Below, piece by piece: positions 1 to 15,000 of a stretch of 64,000 nucleotides of DNA. Position 1 is the first letter of the stretch, and every line of letters begins with the position of its first letter. The notes beneath the pieces are model-generated. The model made no database searches, had not been told where the DNA came from, and saw only the letters and a list, made by a program, of their open reading frames with translations. The position numbers and the translations under genes are program-made. The stretch comes from Octopus vulgaris (taxonomy: Eukaryota): positions 215,538,708-215,602,707 of the forward strand of contig OX597815.1 in the NCBI GenBank assembly GCA_951406725.2. Reading direction: 5' to 3'.

Positions 1-3000
1 ACTTACTAGGTATTTACCTTGTTCTGATGTACCTACGGGAGCACCGGACTCTGCACAAGCTACAGACTTACTAGGTATTTACCTTGTTCTGATGTACCTA
101 CGGGAGCACCGGACTCTGCACAACTACAGACTACTAGGTATTTACTTGGATGTACTTTTCTGATGTACCTACGGGAGCACCGGACTCTGCACAAGCTACA
201 GACTTACTAGGTATTTACCTTGTTCTGATGTACCTACGGGAGCACCGGACTCTGCACAAGCTACAGACTTACTAGGTATTTACCTTGTTCTGATGTACCT
301 ACGGGAGCACCGGACTCTGCACAAGCTACAGACTTACTAGGTATTTACCTTGTTCTGATGTACCTACGGGAGCACCGGACTCTGCACAAGCTACAGACTT
401 ACTAGGTATTTACCTTGTTCTGATGTACCTACGGGAGCACCGGACTCTGCACAAGCTACAGACTTACTAGGTATTTACCTTGTTCTGATGTACCTACGGG
501 AGCACCGGACTCTGCACAAGCTACAGACTTACTAGGTATTTACCTTGTTCTGATGTACCTACGGGAGCACCGGACTCTGCACAAGCTACAGACTTACTAG
601 GTATTTACCTTGTTCTGATGTACCTACGGGAGCACCGGACTCTGCACAAGCTACAGACTTACTAGGTATTTACCTTGTTCTGATGTACCTACGGGAGCAC
701 CGGACTCTGCACAAGCTACAGACTTACTAGGTATTTACCTTGTTCTGATGTACCTACGGGAGCACCGGACTCTGCACAAGCTACAGACTTACTAGGTATT
801 TACCTTGTTCTGATGTACCTACGGGAGCACCGGACTCTGCACAAGCTACAGACTTACTAGGTATTTACCTTGTTCTGATGTACCTACGGGAGCACCGGAC
901 TCTGCACAAGCTACAGACTTACTAGGTATTTACCTTGTTCTGATGTACCTACGGGAGCACCGGACTCTGCACAAGCTACAGACTTACTAGGTATTTACCT
1001 TGTTCTGATGTACCTACGGGAGCACCGGACTCTGCACAAGCTACAGACTTACTAGGTATTTACCTTGTTCTGATGTACCTACGGGAGCACCGGATTCTCT
1101 GCACAAGCTACAGACTTACTAGGTATTTACCTTGTTCTGATGTACCTACGGGAGCACCGGACTCTGCACAAGCTACAGACTTACTAGGTATTTACCTTGT
1201 TCTGATGTACCTACGGGAGCACCGGACTCTGCACAAGCTACAGACTTACTAGGTATTTACCTTGTTCTGATGTACCTACGGGAGCACCGGACTCTGCACA
1301 AGCTACAGACTTACTAGGTATTTACCTTGTTCTGATGTACCTACGGGGAGCACCGGACTCTGCACAAGCTACAGACTTACTAGGTATTTACCTTGTTCTG
1401 ATGTACCTACGGGAGCACCGGACTCTGCACAAGCTACAGACTTACTAGGTATTTACCTTGTTCTGATGTACCTACGGGAGCACCGGACTCTGCACAAGCT
1501 ACAGACTTACTAGGTATTTACCTTGTTCTGATGTACCTACGGGAGCACCGGACTCTGCACAAGCTACAGACTTACTAGGTATTTACCTTGTTCTGATGTA
1601 CCTACGGGAGCACCGGACTCTGCACAAGCTACAGACTTACTAGGTATTTACCTTGTTCTGATGTACCTACGGGAGCACCGGACTCTGCACAAGCTACAGA
1701 CTTACTAGGTATTTACCTTGTTCTGATGTACCTACGGGAGCACCGGACTCTGCACAAGCTACAGACTTACTAGGTATTTACCTTGTTCTGATGTACCTAC
1801 GGGAGCACCGGACTCTGCACAAGCTACAGACTTACTAGGTATTTACCTTGTTCTGATGTACCTACGGGAGCACCGGACTCTGCACAAGCTACAGACTTAC
1901 TAGGTATTTACCTTTCTCTGATGTACCTACGGGAGCACCGGACTCTGCACAAGCTACAGACTTACTAGGTATTTACCTTGTTCTGATGTACCTACGGGAG
2001 CACCGGACTCTGCACAAGCTACAGACTTACTAGGTATTTACCTTGTTCTGATGTACCTACGGGAGCACCGGACTCTGCACAAGCTACAGACTTACTAGGT
2101 ATTTACCTTGTTCTGATGTACCTACGGGAGCACCGGACTCTGCACAAGCTACAGACTTACTAGGTATTTACCTTGTTCTGATGTACCTACGGGAGCACCG
2201 GACTCTGCACAAGCTACAGACTTACTAGGTATTTACCTTGTTCTGATGTACCTACGGGAGCACCGGACTCTGCACAAGCTACAGACTTACTAGGTATTTA
2301 CCTTGTTCTGATGTACCTACGGGAGCACCGGACTCTGCACAAGCTACAGACTTACTAGGTATTTACCTTGTTCTGATGTACCTACGGGAGCACCGGACTC
2401 TGCACAAGCTACAGACTTACTAGGTATTTACCTTGTTCTGATGTACCTACGGGAGCACCGGACTCTGCACAAGCTACAGACTTACTAGGTATTTACCTTG
2501 TTCTGATGTACCTACGGGAGCACCGGACTCTGCACAAGCTACAGACTTACTAGGTATTTACCTTGTTCTGATGTACCTACGGGAGCACCGGACTCTGCAC
2601 AAGCTACAGACTTACTAGGTATTTACCTTGTTCTGATGTACCTACGGGAGCACCGGACTCTGCACAAGCTACAGACTTACTAGGTATTTACCTTGTTCTG
2701 ATGTACCTACGGGAGCACCGGACTCTGCACAAGCTACAGACTTACTAGGTATTTACCTTGTTCTGATGTACCTACGGGAGCACCGGACTCTGCACAAGCT
2801 ACAGACTTACTAGGTATTTACCTTGTTCTGATGTACCTACGGGAGCACCGGACTCTGCACAAGCTACAGACTTACTAGGTATTTACCTTGTTCTGATGTA
2901 CCTACGGGAGCACCGGACTCTGCACAAGCTACAGACTTACTAGGTATTTACCTTGTTCTGATGTACCTACGGGAGCACCGGACTCTGCACAAGCTACAGA

Positions 3001-6000
3001 CTTACTAGGTATTTACCTTGTTCTGATGTACCTACGGGAGCACCGGACTCTGCACAAGCTACAGACTTACTAGGTATTTACCTTGTTCTGATGTACCTAC
3101 GGGAGCACCGGACTCTGCACAAGCTACAGACTTACTAGGTATTTACCTTGTTCTGATGTACCTACGGGAGCACCGGATTCTGCACAAGCTACAGACTTAC
3201 TAGGTATTTACCTTGTTCTGATGTACCTACGGGAGCACCGGACTCTGCACAAGCTACAGACTTACTAGGTATTTACCTTGTTCTGATGTACCTACGGGAG
3301 CACCGGACTCTGCACAAGCTACAGACTTACTAGGTATTTACCTTGTTCTGATGTACCTACGGGAGCACCGGATTCTGCACAAGCTACAGACTTACTAGGT
3401 ATTTACCTTGTTCTGATGTACCTACGGGAGCACCGGACTCTGCACAAGCTACAGACTTACTAGGTATTTACCTTGTTCTGATGTACCTACGGGAGCACCG
3501 GACTCTGCACAAGCTACAGACTTACTAGGTATTTACCTTGTTCTGATGTACCTACGGGAGCACCGGACTCTGCACAAGCTACAGACTTACTAGGTATTTA
3601 CCTTGTTCTGATGTACCTACGGGAGCACCGGACTCTGCACAAGCTACAGACTTACTAGGTATTTACCTTGTTCTGATGTACCTACGGGAGCACCGGACTC
3701 TGCACAAGCTACAGACTTACTAGGTATTTACCTTGTTCTGATGTACCTACGGGAGCACCGGACTCTGCACAAGCTACAGACTTACTAGGTATTTACCTTG
3801 TTCTGATGTACCTACGGGAGCACCGGACTCTGCACAAGCTACAGACTTACTAGGTATTTACCTTGTTCTGATGTACCTACGGGAGCACCGGACTCTGCAC
3901 AAGCTACAGACTTACTAGGTATTTACCTTGTTCTGATGTACCTACGGGAGCACCGGACTCTGCACAAGCTACAGACTTACTAGGTATTTACCTTGTTCTG
4001 ATGTACCTACGGGAGCACCGGACTCTGCACAAGCTACAGACTTACTAGGTATTTACCTTGTTCTGATGTACCTACGGGAGCACCGGACTCTGCACAAGCT
4101 ACAGACTTACTAGGTATTTACCTTGTTCTGATGTACCTACGGGAGCACCGGACTCTGCACAAGCTACAGACTTACTAGGTATTTACCTTGTTCTGATGTA
4201 CCTACGGGAGCACCGGACTCTGCACAAGCTACAGACTTACTAGGTATTTACCTTGTTCTGATGTACCTACGGGAGCACCGGACTCTGCACAAGCTACAGA
4301 CTTACTAGGTATTTACCTTGTTCTGATGTACCTACGGGAGCACCGGACTCTGCACAAGCTACAGACTTACTAGGTATTTACCTTGTTCTGATGTACCTAC
4401 GGGAGCACCGGATTCTGCACAAGCTACAGACTTACTAGGTATTTACCTTGTTCTGATGTACCTACGGGAGCACCGGATTCTGCACAAGCTACAGACTTAC
4501 TAGGTATTTACCTTGTTCTGATGTACCTACGGGAGCACCGGACTCTGCACAAGCTACAGACTTACTAGGTATTTACCTTGTTCTGATGTACCTACGGGAG
4601 CACCGGACTCTGCACAAGCTACAGACTTACTAGGTATTTACCTTGTTCTGATGTACCTACGGGAGCACCGGACTCTGCACAAGCTACAGACTTACTAGGT
4701 ATTTACCTTGTTCTGATGTACCTACGGGAGCACCGGACTCTGCACAAGCTACAGACTTACTAGGTATTTACCTTGTTCTGATGTACCTACGGGAGCACCG
4801 GACTCTGCACAAGCTACAGACTTACTAGGTATTTACCTTGTTCTGATGTACCTACGGGAGCACCGGACTCTGCACAAGCTACAGACTTACTAGGTATTTA
4901 CCTTGTTCTGATGTACCTACGGGAGCACCGGACTCTGCACAAGCTACAGACTTACTAGGTATTTACCTTGTTCTGATGTACCTACGGGAGCACCGGACTC
5001 TGCACAAGCTACAGACTTACTAGGTATTTACCTTGTTCTGATGTACCTACGGGAGCACCGGACTCTGCACAAGCTACAGACTTACTAGGTATTTACCTTG
5101 TTCTGATGTACCTACGGGAGCACCGGACTCTGCACAAGCTACAGACTTACTAGGTATTTACCTTGTTCTGATGTACCTACGGGAGCACCGGACTCTGCAC
5201 AAGCTACAGACTTACTAGGTATTTACCTTGTTCTGATGTACCTACGGGAGCACCGGACTCTGCACAAGCTACAGACTTACTAGGTATTTACCTTGTTCTG
5301 ATGTACCTACGGGAGCACCGGACTCTGCACAAGCTACAGACTTACTAGGTATTTACCTTGTTCTGATGTACCTACGGGAGCACCGGACTCTGCACAAGCT
5401 ACAGACTTACTAGGTATTTACCTTGTTCTGATGTACCTACGGGAGCACCGGACTCTGCACAAGCTACAGACTTACTAGGTATTTACCTTGTTCTGATGTA
5501 CCTACGGGAGCACCGGACTCTGCACAAGCTACAGACTTACTAGGTATTTACCTTGTTCTGATGTACCTACGGGAGCACCGGACTCTGCACAAGCTACAGA
5601 CTTACTAGGTATTTACCTTGTTCTGATGTACCTACGGGAGCACCGGATTCTGCACAAGCTACAGACTTACTAGGTATTTACCTTGTTCTGATGTACCTAC
5701 GGGAGCACCGGATTCTGCACAAGCTACAGACTTACTAGGTATTTACCTTGTTCTGATGTACCTACGGGAGCACCGGACTCTGCACAAGCTACAGACTTAC
5801 TAGGTATTTACCTTGTTCTGATGTACCTACGGGAGCACCGGACTCTGCACAAGCTACAGACTTACTAGGTATTTACCTTGTTCTGATGTACCTACGGGAG
5901 CACCGGACTCTGCACAAGCTACAGACTTACTAGGTATTTACCTTGTTCTGATGTACCTACGGGAGCACCGGACTCTGCACAAGCTACAGACTTACTAGGT

Positions 6001-9000
6001 ATTTACCTTGTTCTGATGTACCTACGGGAGCACCGGACTCTGCACAAGCTACAGACTTACTAGGTATTTACCTTGTTCTGATGTACCTACGGGAGCACCG
6101 GACTCTGCACAAGCTACAGACTTACTAGGTATTTACCTTGTTCTGATGTACCTACGGGAGCACCGGATTCTGCACAAGCTACAGACTTACTAGGTATTTA
6201 CCTTGTTCTGATGTACCTACGGGAGCACCGGATTCTGCACAAGCTACAGACTTACTAGGTATTTACCTTGTTCTGATGTACCTACGGGAGCACCGGATTC
6301 TGCACAAGCTACAGACTTACTAGGTATTTACCTTGTTCTGATGTACCTACGGGAGCACCGGACTCTGCACAAGCTACAGACTTACTAGGTATTTACCTTG
6401 TTCTGATGTACCTACGGGAGCACCGGACTCTGCACAAGCTACAGACTTACTAGGTATTTACCTTGTTCTGATGTACCTACGGGAGCACCGGACTCTGCAC
6501 AAGCTACAGACTTACTAGGTATTTACCTTGTTCTGATGTACCTACGGGAGCACCGGACTCTGCACAAGCTACAGACTTACTAGGTATTTACCTTGTTCTG
6601 ATGTACCTACGGGAGCACCGGATTCTGCACAAGCTACAGACTTACTAGGTATTTACCTTGTTCTGATGTACCTACTGGGAGCACCGGACTCTGCACAAGC
6701 TACAGACTTACTAGGTATTTACCTTGTTCTGATGTACCTACGGGAGCACCGGACTCTGCACAAGCTACAGACTTACTAGGTATTTACCTTGTTCTGATGT
6801 ACCTACGGGAGCACCGGACTCTGCACAAGCTACAGACTTACTAGGTATTTACCTTGTTCTGATGTACCTACGGGAGCACCGGACTCTGCACAAGCTACAG
6901 ACTTACTAGGTATTTACCTTGTTCTGATGTACCTACGGGAGCACCGGACTCTGCACAAGCTACAGACTTACTAGGTATTTACCTTGTTCTGATGTACCTA
7001 CGGGAGCACCGGACTCTGCACAAGCTACAGACTTACTAGGTATTTACCTTGTTCTGATGTACCTACGGGAGCACCGGACTCTGCACAAGCTACAGACTTA
7101 CTAGGTATTTACCTTGTTCTGATGTACCTACGGGAGCACCGGATTCTGCACAAGCTACAGACTTACTAGGTATTTACCTTGTTCTGATGTACCTACGGGA
7201 GCACCGGACTCTGCACAAGCTACAGACTTACTAGGTATTTACCTTGTTCTGATGTACCTACGGGAGCACCGGACTCTGCACAAGCTACAGACTTACTAGG
7301 TATTTACCTTGTTCTGATGTACCTACGGGAGCACCGGACTCTGCACAAGCTACAGACTTACTAGGTATTTACCTTGTTCTGATGTACCTACGGGAGCACC
7401 GGACTCTGCACAAGCTACAGACTTACTAGGTATTTACCTTGTTCTGATGTACCTACGGGAGCACCGGACTCTGCACAAGCTACAGACTTACTAGGTATTT
7501 ACCTTGTTCTGATGTACCTACGGGAGCACCGGATTCTGCACAAGCTACAGACTTACTAGGTATTTACCTTGTTCTGATGTACCTACGGGAGCACCGGTTC
7601 TGCACAAGCTACAGACTTACTAGGTATTTACCTTGTTCTGATGTACCTACGGGAGCACCGGACTCTGCACAAGCTACAGACTTACTAGGTATTTACCTTG
7701 TTCTGATGTACCTACGGGAGCACCGGACTCTGCACAAGCTACAGACTTACTAGGTATTTACCTTGTTCTGATGTACCTAGGGAGCACCGGATTCTGCACA
7801 AGCTACAGACTTACTAGGTATTTACCTTGTTCTGATGTACCTACGGGAGCACCGGACTCTGCACAAGCTACAGACTTACTAGGTATTTACCTTGTTCTGA
7901 TGTACCTACGGGAGCACCGGACTCTGCACAAGCTACAGACTTACTAGGTATTTACCTTGTTCTGATGTACCTACGGGAGCACCGGACTCTGCACAAGCTA
8001 CAGACTTACTAGGTATTTACCTTGTTCTGATGTACCTACGGGAGCACCGGACTCTGCACAAGCTACAGACTTACTAGGTATTTACCTTGTTCTGATGTAC
8101 CTACGGGAGCACCGGACTCTGCACAAGCTACAGACTTACTAGGTATTTACCTTGTTCTGATGTACCTACGGGAGCACCGGACTCTGCACAAGCTACAGAC
8201 TTACTAGGTATTTACCTTGTTCTGATGTACCTACGGGAGCACCGGATTCTGCACAAGCTACAGACTTACTAGGTATTTACCTTGTTCTGATGTACCTACG
8301 GGAGCACCGGACTCTGCACAAGCTACAGACTTACTAGGTATTTACCTTGTTCTGATGTACCTACGGGAGCACCGGATTCTGCACAAGCTACAGACTTACT
8401 AGGTATTTACCTTGTTCTGATGTACCTACGGGAGCACCGGATTCTGCACAAGCTACAGACTTACTAGGTATTTACCTTGTTCTGATGTACCTACGGGAGC
8501 ACCGGACTCTGCACAAGCTACAGACTTACTAGGTATTTACCTTGTTCTGATGTACCTACGGGAGCACCGGACTCTGCACAAGCTACAGACTTACTAGGTA
8601 TTTACCTTGTTCTGATGTACCTACGGGAGCACCGGACTCTGCACAAGCTACAGACTTACTAGGTATTTACCTTGTTCTGATGTACCTACGGGAGCACCGG
8701 ACTCTGCACAAGCTACAGACTTACTAGGTATTTACCTTGTTCTGATGTACCTACGGGAGCACCGGACTCTGCACAAGCTACAGACTTACTAGGTATTTAC
8801 CTTGTTCTGATGTACCTACGGGAGCACCGGATTCTGCACAAGCTACAGACTTACTAGGTATTTACCTTGTTCTGATGTACCTACGGGAGCACCGGACTCT
8901 GCACAAGCTACAGACTTACTAGGTATTTACCTTGTTCTGATGTACCTACGGGAGCACCGGACTCTGCACAAGCTACAGACTTACTAGGTATTTACCTTGT

Positions 9001-12000
9001 TCTGATGTACCTACGGGAGCACCGGACTCTGCACAAGCTACAGACTTACTAGGTATTTACCTTGTTCTGATGTACCTACGGGAGCACCGGACTCTGCACA
9101 AGCTACAGACTTACTAGGTATTTACCTTGTTCTGATGTACCTACGGGAGCACCGGACTCTGCACAAGCTACAGACTTACTAGGTATTTACCTTGTTCTGA
9201 TGTACCTACGGGAGCACCGGACTCTGCACAAGCTACAGACTTACTAGGTATTTACCTTGTTCTGATGTACCTACGGGAGCACCGGACTCTGCACAAGCTA
9301 CAGACTTACTAGGTATTTACCTTGTTCTGATGTACCTACGGGAGCACCGGACTCTGCACAAGCTACAGACTTACTAGGTATTTACCTTGTTCTGATGTAC
9401 CTACGGGAGCACCGGACTCTGCACAAGCTACAGACTTACTAGGTATTTACCTTGTTCTGATGTACCTACGGGAGCACCGGACTCTGCACAAGCTACAGAC
9501 TTACTAGGTATTTACCTTGTTCTGATGTACCTACGGGAGCACCGGACTCTGCACAAGCTACAGACTTACTAGGTATTTACCTTGTTCTGATGTACCTACG
9601 GGAGCACCGGACTCTGCACAAGCTACAGACTTACTAGGTATTTACCTTGTTCTGATGTACCTACGGGAGCACCGGACTCTGCACAAGCTACAGACTTACT
9701 AGGTATTTACCTTGTTCTGATGTACCTACGGGAGCACCGGACTCTGCACAAGCTACAGACTTACTAGGTATTTACCTTGTTCTGATGTACCTACGGGAGC
9801 ACCGGACTCTGCACAAGCTACAGACTTACTAGGTATTTACCTTGTTCTGATGTACCTACGGGAGCACCGGACTCTGCACAAGCTACAGACTTACTAGGTA
9901 TTTACCTTGTTCTGATGTACCTACGGGAGCACCGGACTCTGCACAAGCTACAGACTTACTAGGTATTTACCTTGTTCTGATGTACCTACGGGAGCACCGG
10001 ACTCTGCACAAGCTACAGACTTACTAGGTATTTACCTTGTTCTGATGTACCTACGGGAGCACCGGACTCTGCACAAGCTACAGACTTACTAGGTATTTAC
10101 CTTGTTCTGATGTACCTACGGGAGCACCGGACTCTGCACAAGCTACAGACTTACTAGGTATTTACCTTGTTCTGATGTACCTACGGGAGCACCGGACTCT
10201 GCACAAGCTACAGACTTACTAGGTATTTACCTTGTTCTGATGTACCTACGGGAGCACCGGACTCTGCACAAGCTACAGACTTACTAGGTATTTACCTTGT
10301 TCTGATGTACCTACGGGAGCACCGGATTCTGCACAAGCTACAGACTTACTAGGTATTTACCTTGTTCTGATGTACCTACGGGAGCAACGGACTCTGCACA
10401 AGCTACAGACTTACTAGGTATTTATCTTTTTCTTATGTACCTACGGGAGCACCGGACTCTGCACAAGCTACAGACTTACTAGGTATTTACCTTGTTCTGA
10501 TGTACCTACGGGAGCACCGGACTCTGCACAAGCTACAGACTTACTAGGTATTTACCTTGTTCTGATGTACCTACGGGAGCACCGGACTCTGCACAAGCTA
10601 CAGACTTACTAGGTATTTACCTTGTTCTGATGTACCTACGGGAGCACCGGACTCTGCACAAGCTACAGACTTACTAGGTATTTACCTTGTTCTGATGTAC
10701 CTACGGGAGCACCGGATTCTGCACAAGCTACAGACTTACTAGGTATTTACCTTGTTCTGATGTACCTACGGGAGCACCGGATTCTGCACAAGCTACAGAC
10801 TTACTAGGTATTTACCTTGTTCTGATGTACCTACGGGAGCACCGGATTCTGCACAAGCTACAGACTTACTAGGTATTTACCTTGTTCTGATGTACCTACG
10901 GGAGCACCGGATTCTGCACAAGCTACAGACTTACTAGGTATTTACCTTGTTCTGATGTACCTACGGGAGCACCGGACTCTGCACAAGCTACAGACTTACT
11001 AGGTATTTACCTTGTTCTGATGTACCTACGGGAGCACCGGACTCTGCACAAGCTACAGACTTACTAGGTATTTACCTTGTTCTGATGTACCTACGGGAGC
11101 ACCGGACTCTGCACAAGCTACAGACTTACTAGGTATTTACCTTGTTCTGATGTACCTACGGGAGCACCGGACTCTGCACAAGCTACAGACTTACTAGGTA
11201 TTTACCTTGTTCTGATGTACCTACGGGAGCACCGGACTCTGCACAAGCTACAGACTTACTAGGTATTTACCTTGTTCTGATGTACCTACGGGAGCACCGG
11301 ACTCTGCACAAGCTACAGACTTACTAGGTATTTACCTTGTTCTGATGTACCTACGGGAGCACCGGACTCTGCACAAGCTACAGACTTACTAGGTATTTAC
11401 CTTGTTCTGATGTACCTACGGGAGCACCGGACTCTGCACAAGCTACAGACTTACTAGGTATTTACCTTGTTCTGATGTACCTACGGGAGCACCGGACTCT
11501 GCACAAGCTACAGACTAAGGTTACTTACTAGGTATTTACCTTGTTCTGATGTACCTACGGGAGCACCGGACTCTGCACAAGCTACAGACTTACTAGGTAT
11601 TTACCTTGTTCTGATGTACCTACGGGAGCACCGGACTCTGCACAAGCTACAGACTTACTAGGTATTTACCTTGTTCTGATGTACCTACGGGAGCACCGGA
11701 CTCTGCACAAGCTACAGACTTACTAGGTATTTACCTTGTTCTGATGTACCTACGGGAGCACCGGACTCTGCACAAGCTACAGACTTACTAGGTATTTACC
11801 TTGTTCTGATGTACCTACGGGAGCACCGGACTCTGCACAAGCTACAGACTTACTAGGTATTTACCTTGTTCTGATGTACCTACGGGAGCACCGGACTCTG
11901 CACAAGCTACAGACTTACTAGGTATTTACCTTGTTCTGATGTACCTACGGGAGCACCGGATTCTGCACAAGCTACAGACTTACTAGGTATTTACCTTGTT

Positions 12001-15000
12001 CTGATGTACCTACGGGAGCACCGGACTCTGCACAAGCTACAGACTTACTAGGTATTTACCTTGTTCTGATGTACCTACGGGAGCACCGGACTCTGCACAA
12101 GCTACAGACTTACTAGGTATTTACCTTGTTCTGATGTACCTACGGGAGCACCGGATTCTGCACAAGCTACAGACTTACTAGGTATTTACCTTGTTCTGAT
12201 GTACCTACGGGAGCACCGGACTCTGCACAAGCTACAGACTTACTAGGTATTTACCTTGTTCTGATGTACCTACGGGAGCACCGGACTCTGCACGGACTCT
12301 GCACAAGCTACAGACTTACTAGGTATTTACCTTGTTCTGATGTACCTACGGGAGCACCGGACTCTGCACAAGCTACAGACTTACTAGGTATTTACCTTGT
12401 TCTGATGTACCTACGGGAGCACCGGACTCTGCACAAGCTACAGACTTACTAGGTATTTACCTTGTTCTGATGTACCTACGGGAGCACCGGACTCTGCACA
12501 AGCTACAGACTTACTAGGTATTTACCTTGTTCTGATGTACCTACGGGAGCACCGGACTCTGCACAAGCTACAGACTTACTAGGTATTTACCTTGTTCTGA
12601 TGTACCTACGGGAGCACCGGACTCTGCACAAGCTACAGACTTACTAGGTATTTACCTTGTTCTGATGTACCTACGGGAGCACCGGACGACTGCACAAGCT
12701 ACAGACTTACTAGGTATTTACCTTGTTCTGATGTACCTACGGGAGCACCGGACTCTGCACAAGCTACAGACTTACTAGGTATTTACCTTGTTCTGATGTA
12801 CCTACGGGAGCACCGGACTCTGCACAAGCTACAGACTTACTAGGTATTTACCTTGTTCTGATGTACCTACGGGAGCACCGGACTCTGCACAAGCTACAGA
12901 CTTACTAGGTATTTACCTTGTTCTGATGTACCTACGGGAGCACCGGACTCTGCACAAGCTACAGACTTACTAGGTATTTACCTTGTTCTGATGTACCTAC
13001 GGGAGCACCGGACTCTGCACAAGCTACAGACTTACTAGGTATTTACCTTGTTCTGATGTACCTACGGGAGCACCGGACTCTGCACAAGCTACAGACTTAC
13101 TAGGTATTTACCTTGTTCTGATGTACCTACGGGAGCACCGGATTCTGCACAAGCTACAGACTTACTAGGTATTTACCTTGTTCTGATGTACCTACGGGAG
13201 CACCGGACTCTGCACAAGCTACAGACTTACTAGGTATTTACCTTGTTCTGATGTACCTACGGGAGCACCGGACTCTGCACAAGCTACAGACTTACTAGGT
13301 ATTTACCTTGTTCTGATGTACCTACGGGAGCACCGGACTCTGCACAAGCTACAGACTTACTAGGTATTTACCTTGTTCTGATGTACCTACGGGAGCACCG
13401 GATTCTGCACAAGCTACAGACTTACTAGGTATTTACCTTGTTCTGATGTACCTACGGGAGCACCGGACTCTGCACAAGCTACAGACTTACTAGGTATTTA
13501 CCTTGTTCTGATGTACCTACGGGAGCACCGGACTCTGCACAAGCTACAGACTTACTAGGTATTTACCTTGTTCTGATGTACCTACGGGAGCACCGGACTC
13601 TGCACAAGCTACAGACTTACTAGGTATTTACCTTGTTCTGATGTACCTACGGGAGCACCGGACTCTGCACAAGCTACAGACTTACTAGGTATTTACCTTG
13701 TTCTGATGTACCTACGGGAGCACCGGACTCTGCACAAGCTACAGACTTACTAGGTATTTACCTTGTTCTGATGTACCTACGGGAGCACCGGACTCTGCAC
13801 AAGCTACAGACTTACTAGGTATTTACCTTGTTCTGATGTACCTACGGGAGCACCGGACTCTGCACAAGCTACAGACTTACTAGGTATTTACCTTGTTCTG
13901 ATGTACCTACGGGAGCACCGGACTCTGCACAAGCTACAGACTTACTAGGTATTTACCTTGTTCTGATGTACCTACGGGAGCACCGGACTCTGCACAAGCT
14001 ACAGACTTACTAGGTATTTACCTTGTTCTGATGTACCTACGGGAGCACCGGACTCTGCACAAGCTACAGACTTACTAGGTATTTACCTTGTTCTGATGTA
14101 CCTACGGGAGCACCGGACTCTGCACAAGCTACAGACTTACTAGGTATTTACCTTGTTCTGATGTACCTACGGGAGCACCGGACTCTGCACAAGCTACAGA
14201 CTTACTAGGTATTTACCTTGTTCTGATGTACCTACGGGAGCACCGGACTCTGCACAAGCTACAGACTTACTAGGTATTTACCTTGTTCTGATGTACCTAC
14301 GGGAGCACCGGACTCTGCACAAGCTACAGACTTACTAGGTATTTACCTTGTTCTGATGTACCTACGGGAGCACCGGACTCTGCACAAGCTACAGACTTAC
14401 TAGGTATTTACCTTGTTCTGATGTACCTACGGGAGCACCGGACTCTGCACAAGCTACAGACTTACTAGGTATTTACCTTGTTCTGATGTACCTACGGGAG
14501 CACCGGACTCTGCACAAGCTACAGACTTACTAGGTATTTACCTTGTTCTGATGTACCTACGGGAGCACCGGACTCTGCACAAGCTACAGACTTACTAGGT
14601 ATTTACCTTGTTCTGATGTACCTACGGGAGCACCGGATTCTGCACAAGCTACAGACTTACTAGGTATTTACCTTGTTCTGATGTACCTACGGGAGCACCG
14701 GACTCTGCACAAGCTACAGACTTACTAGGTATTTACCTTGTTCTGATGTACCTACGGGAGCACCGGACTCTGCACAAGCTACAGACTTACTAGGTATTTA
14801 CCTTGTTCTGATGTACCTACGGGAGCACCGGACTCTGCACAAGCTACAGACTTACTAGGTATTTACCTTGTTCTGATGTACCTACGGGAGCACCGGACTC
14901 TGCACAAGCTACAGACTTACTAGGTATTTACCTTGTTCTGATGTACCTACGGGAGCACCGGACTCTGCACAAGCTACAGACTTACTAGGTATTTACCTTG

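Noticed and set aside
22-65. Hammerhead ribozyme in the 65-mer (CTGATG)
   Set aside because: The core needs CUGANGA plus GAAA; the monomer has CTGATGT and no GAAA on either strand.
11512-11530. 9-bp insertion resembling a telomeric repeat
   Set aside because: It is not TTAGGG; it resembles a local ACTAGGT stutter or read error, like the 9-bp duplication near 12291.
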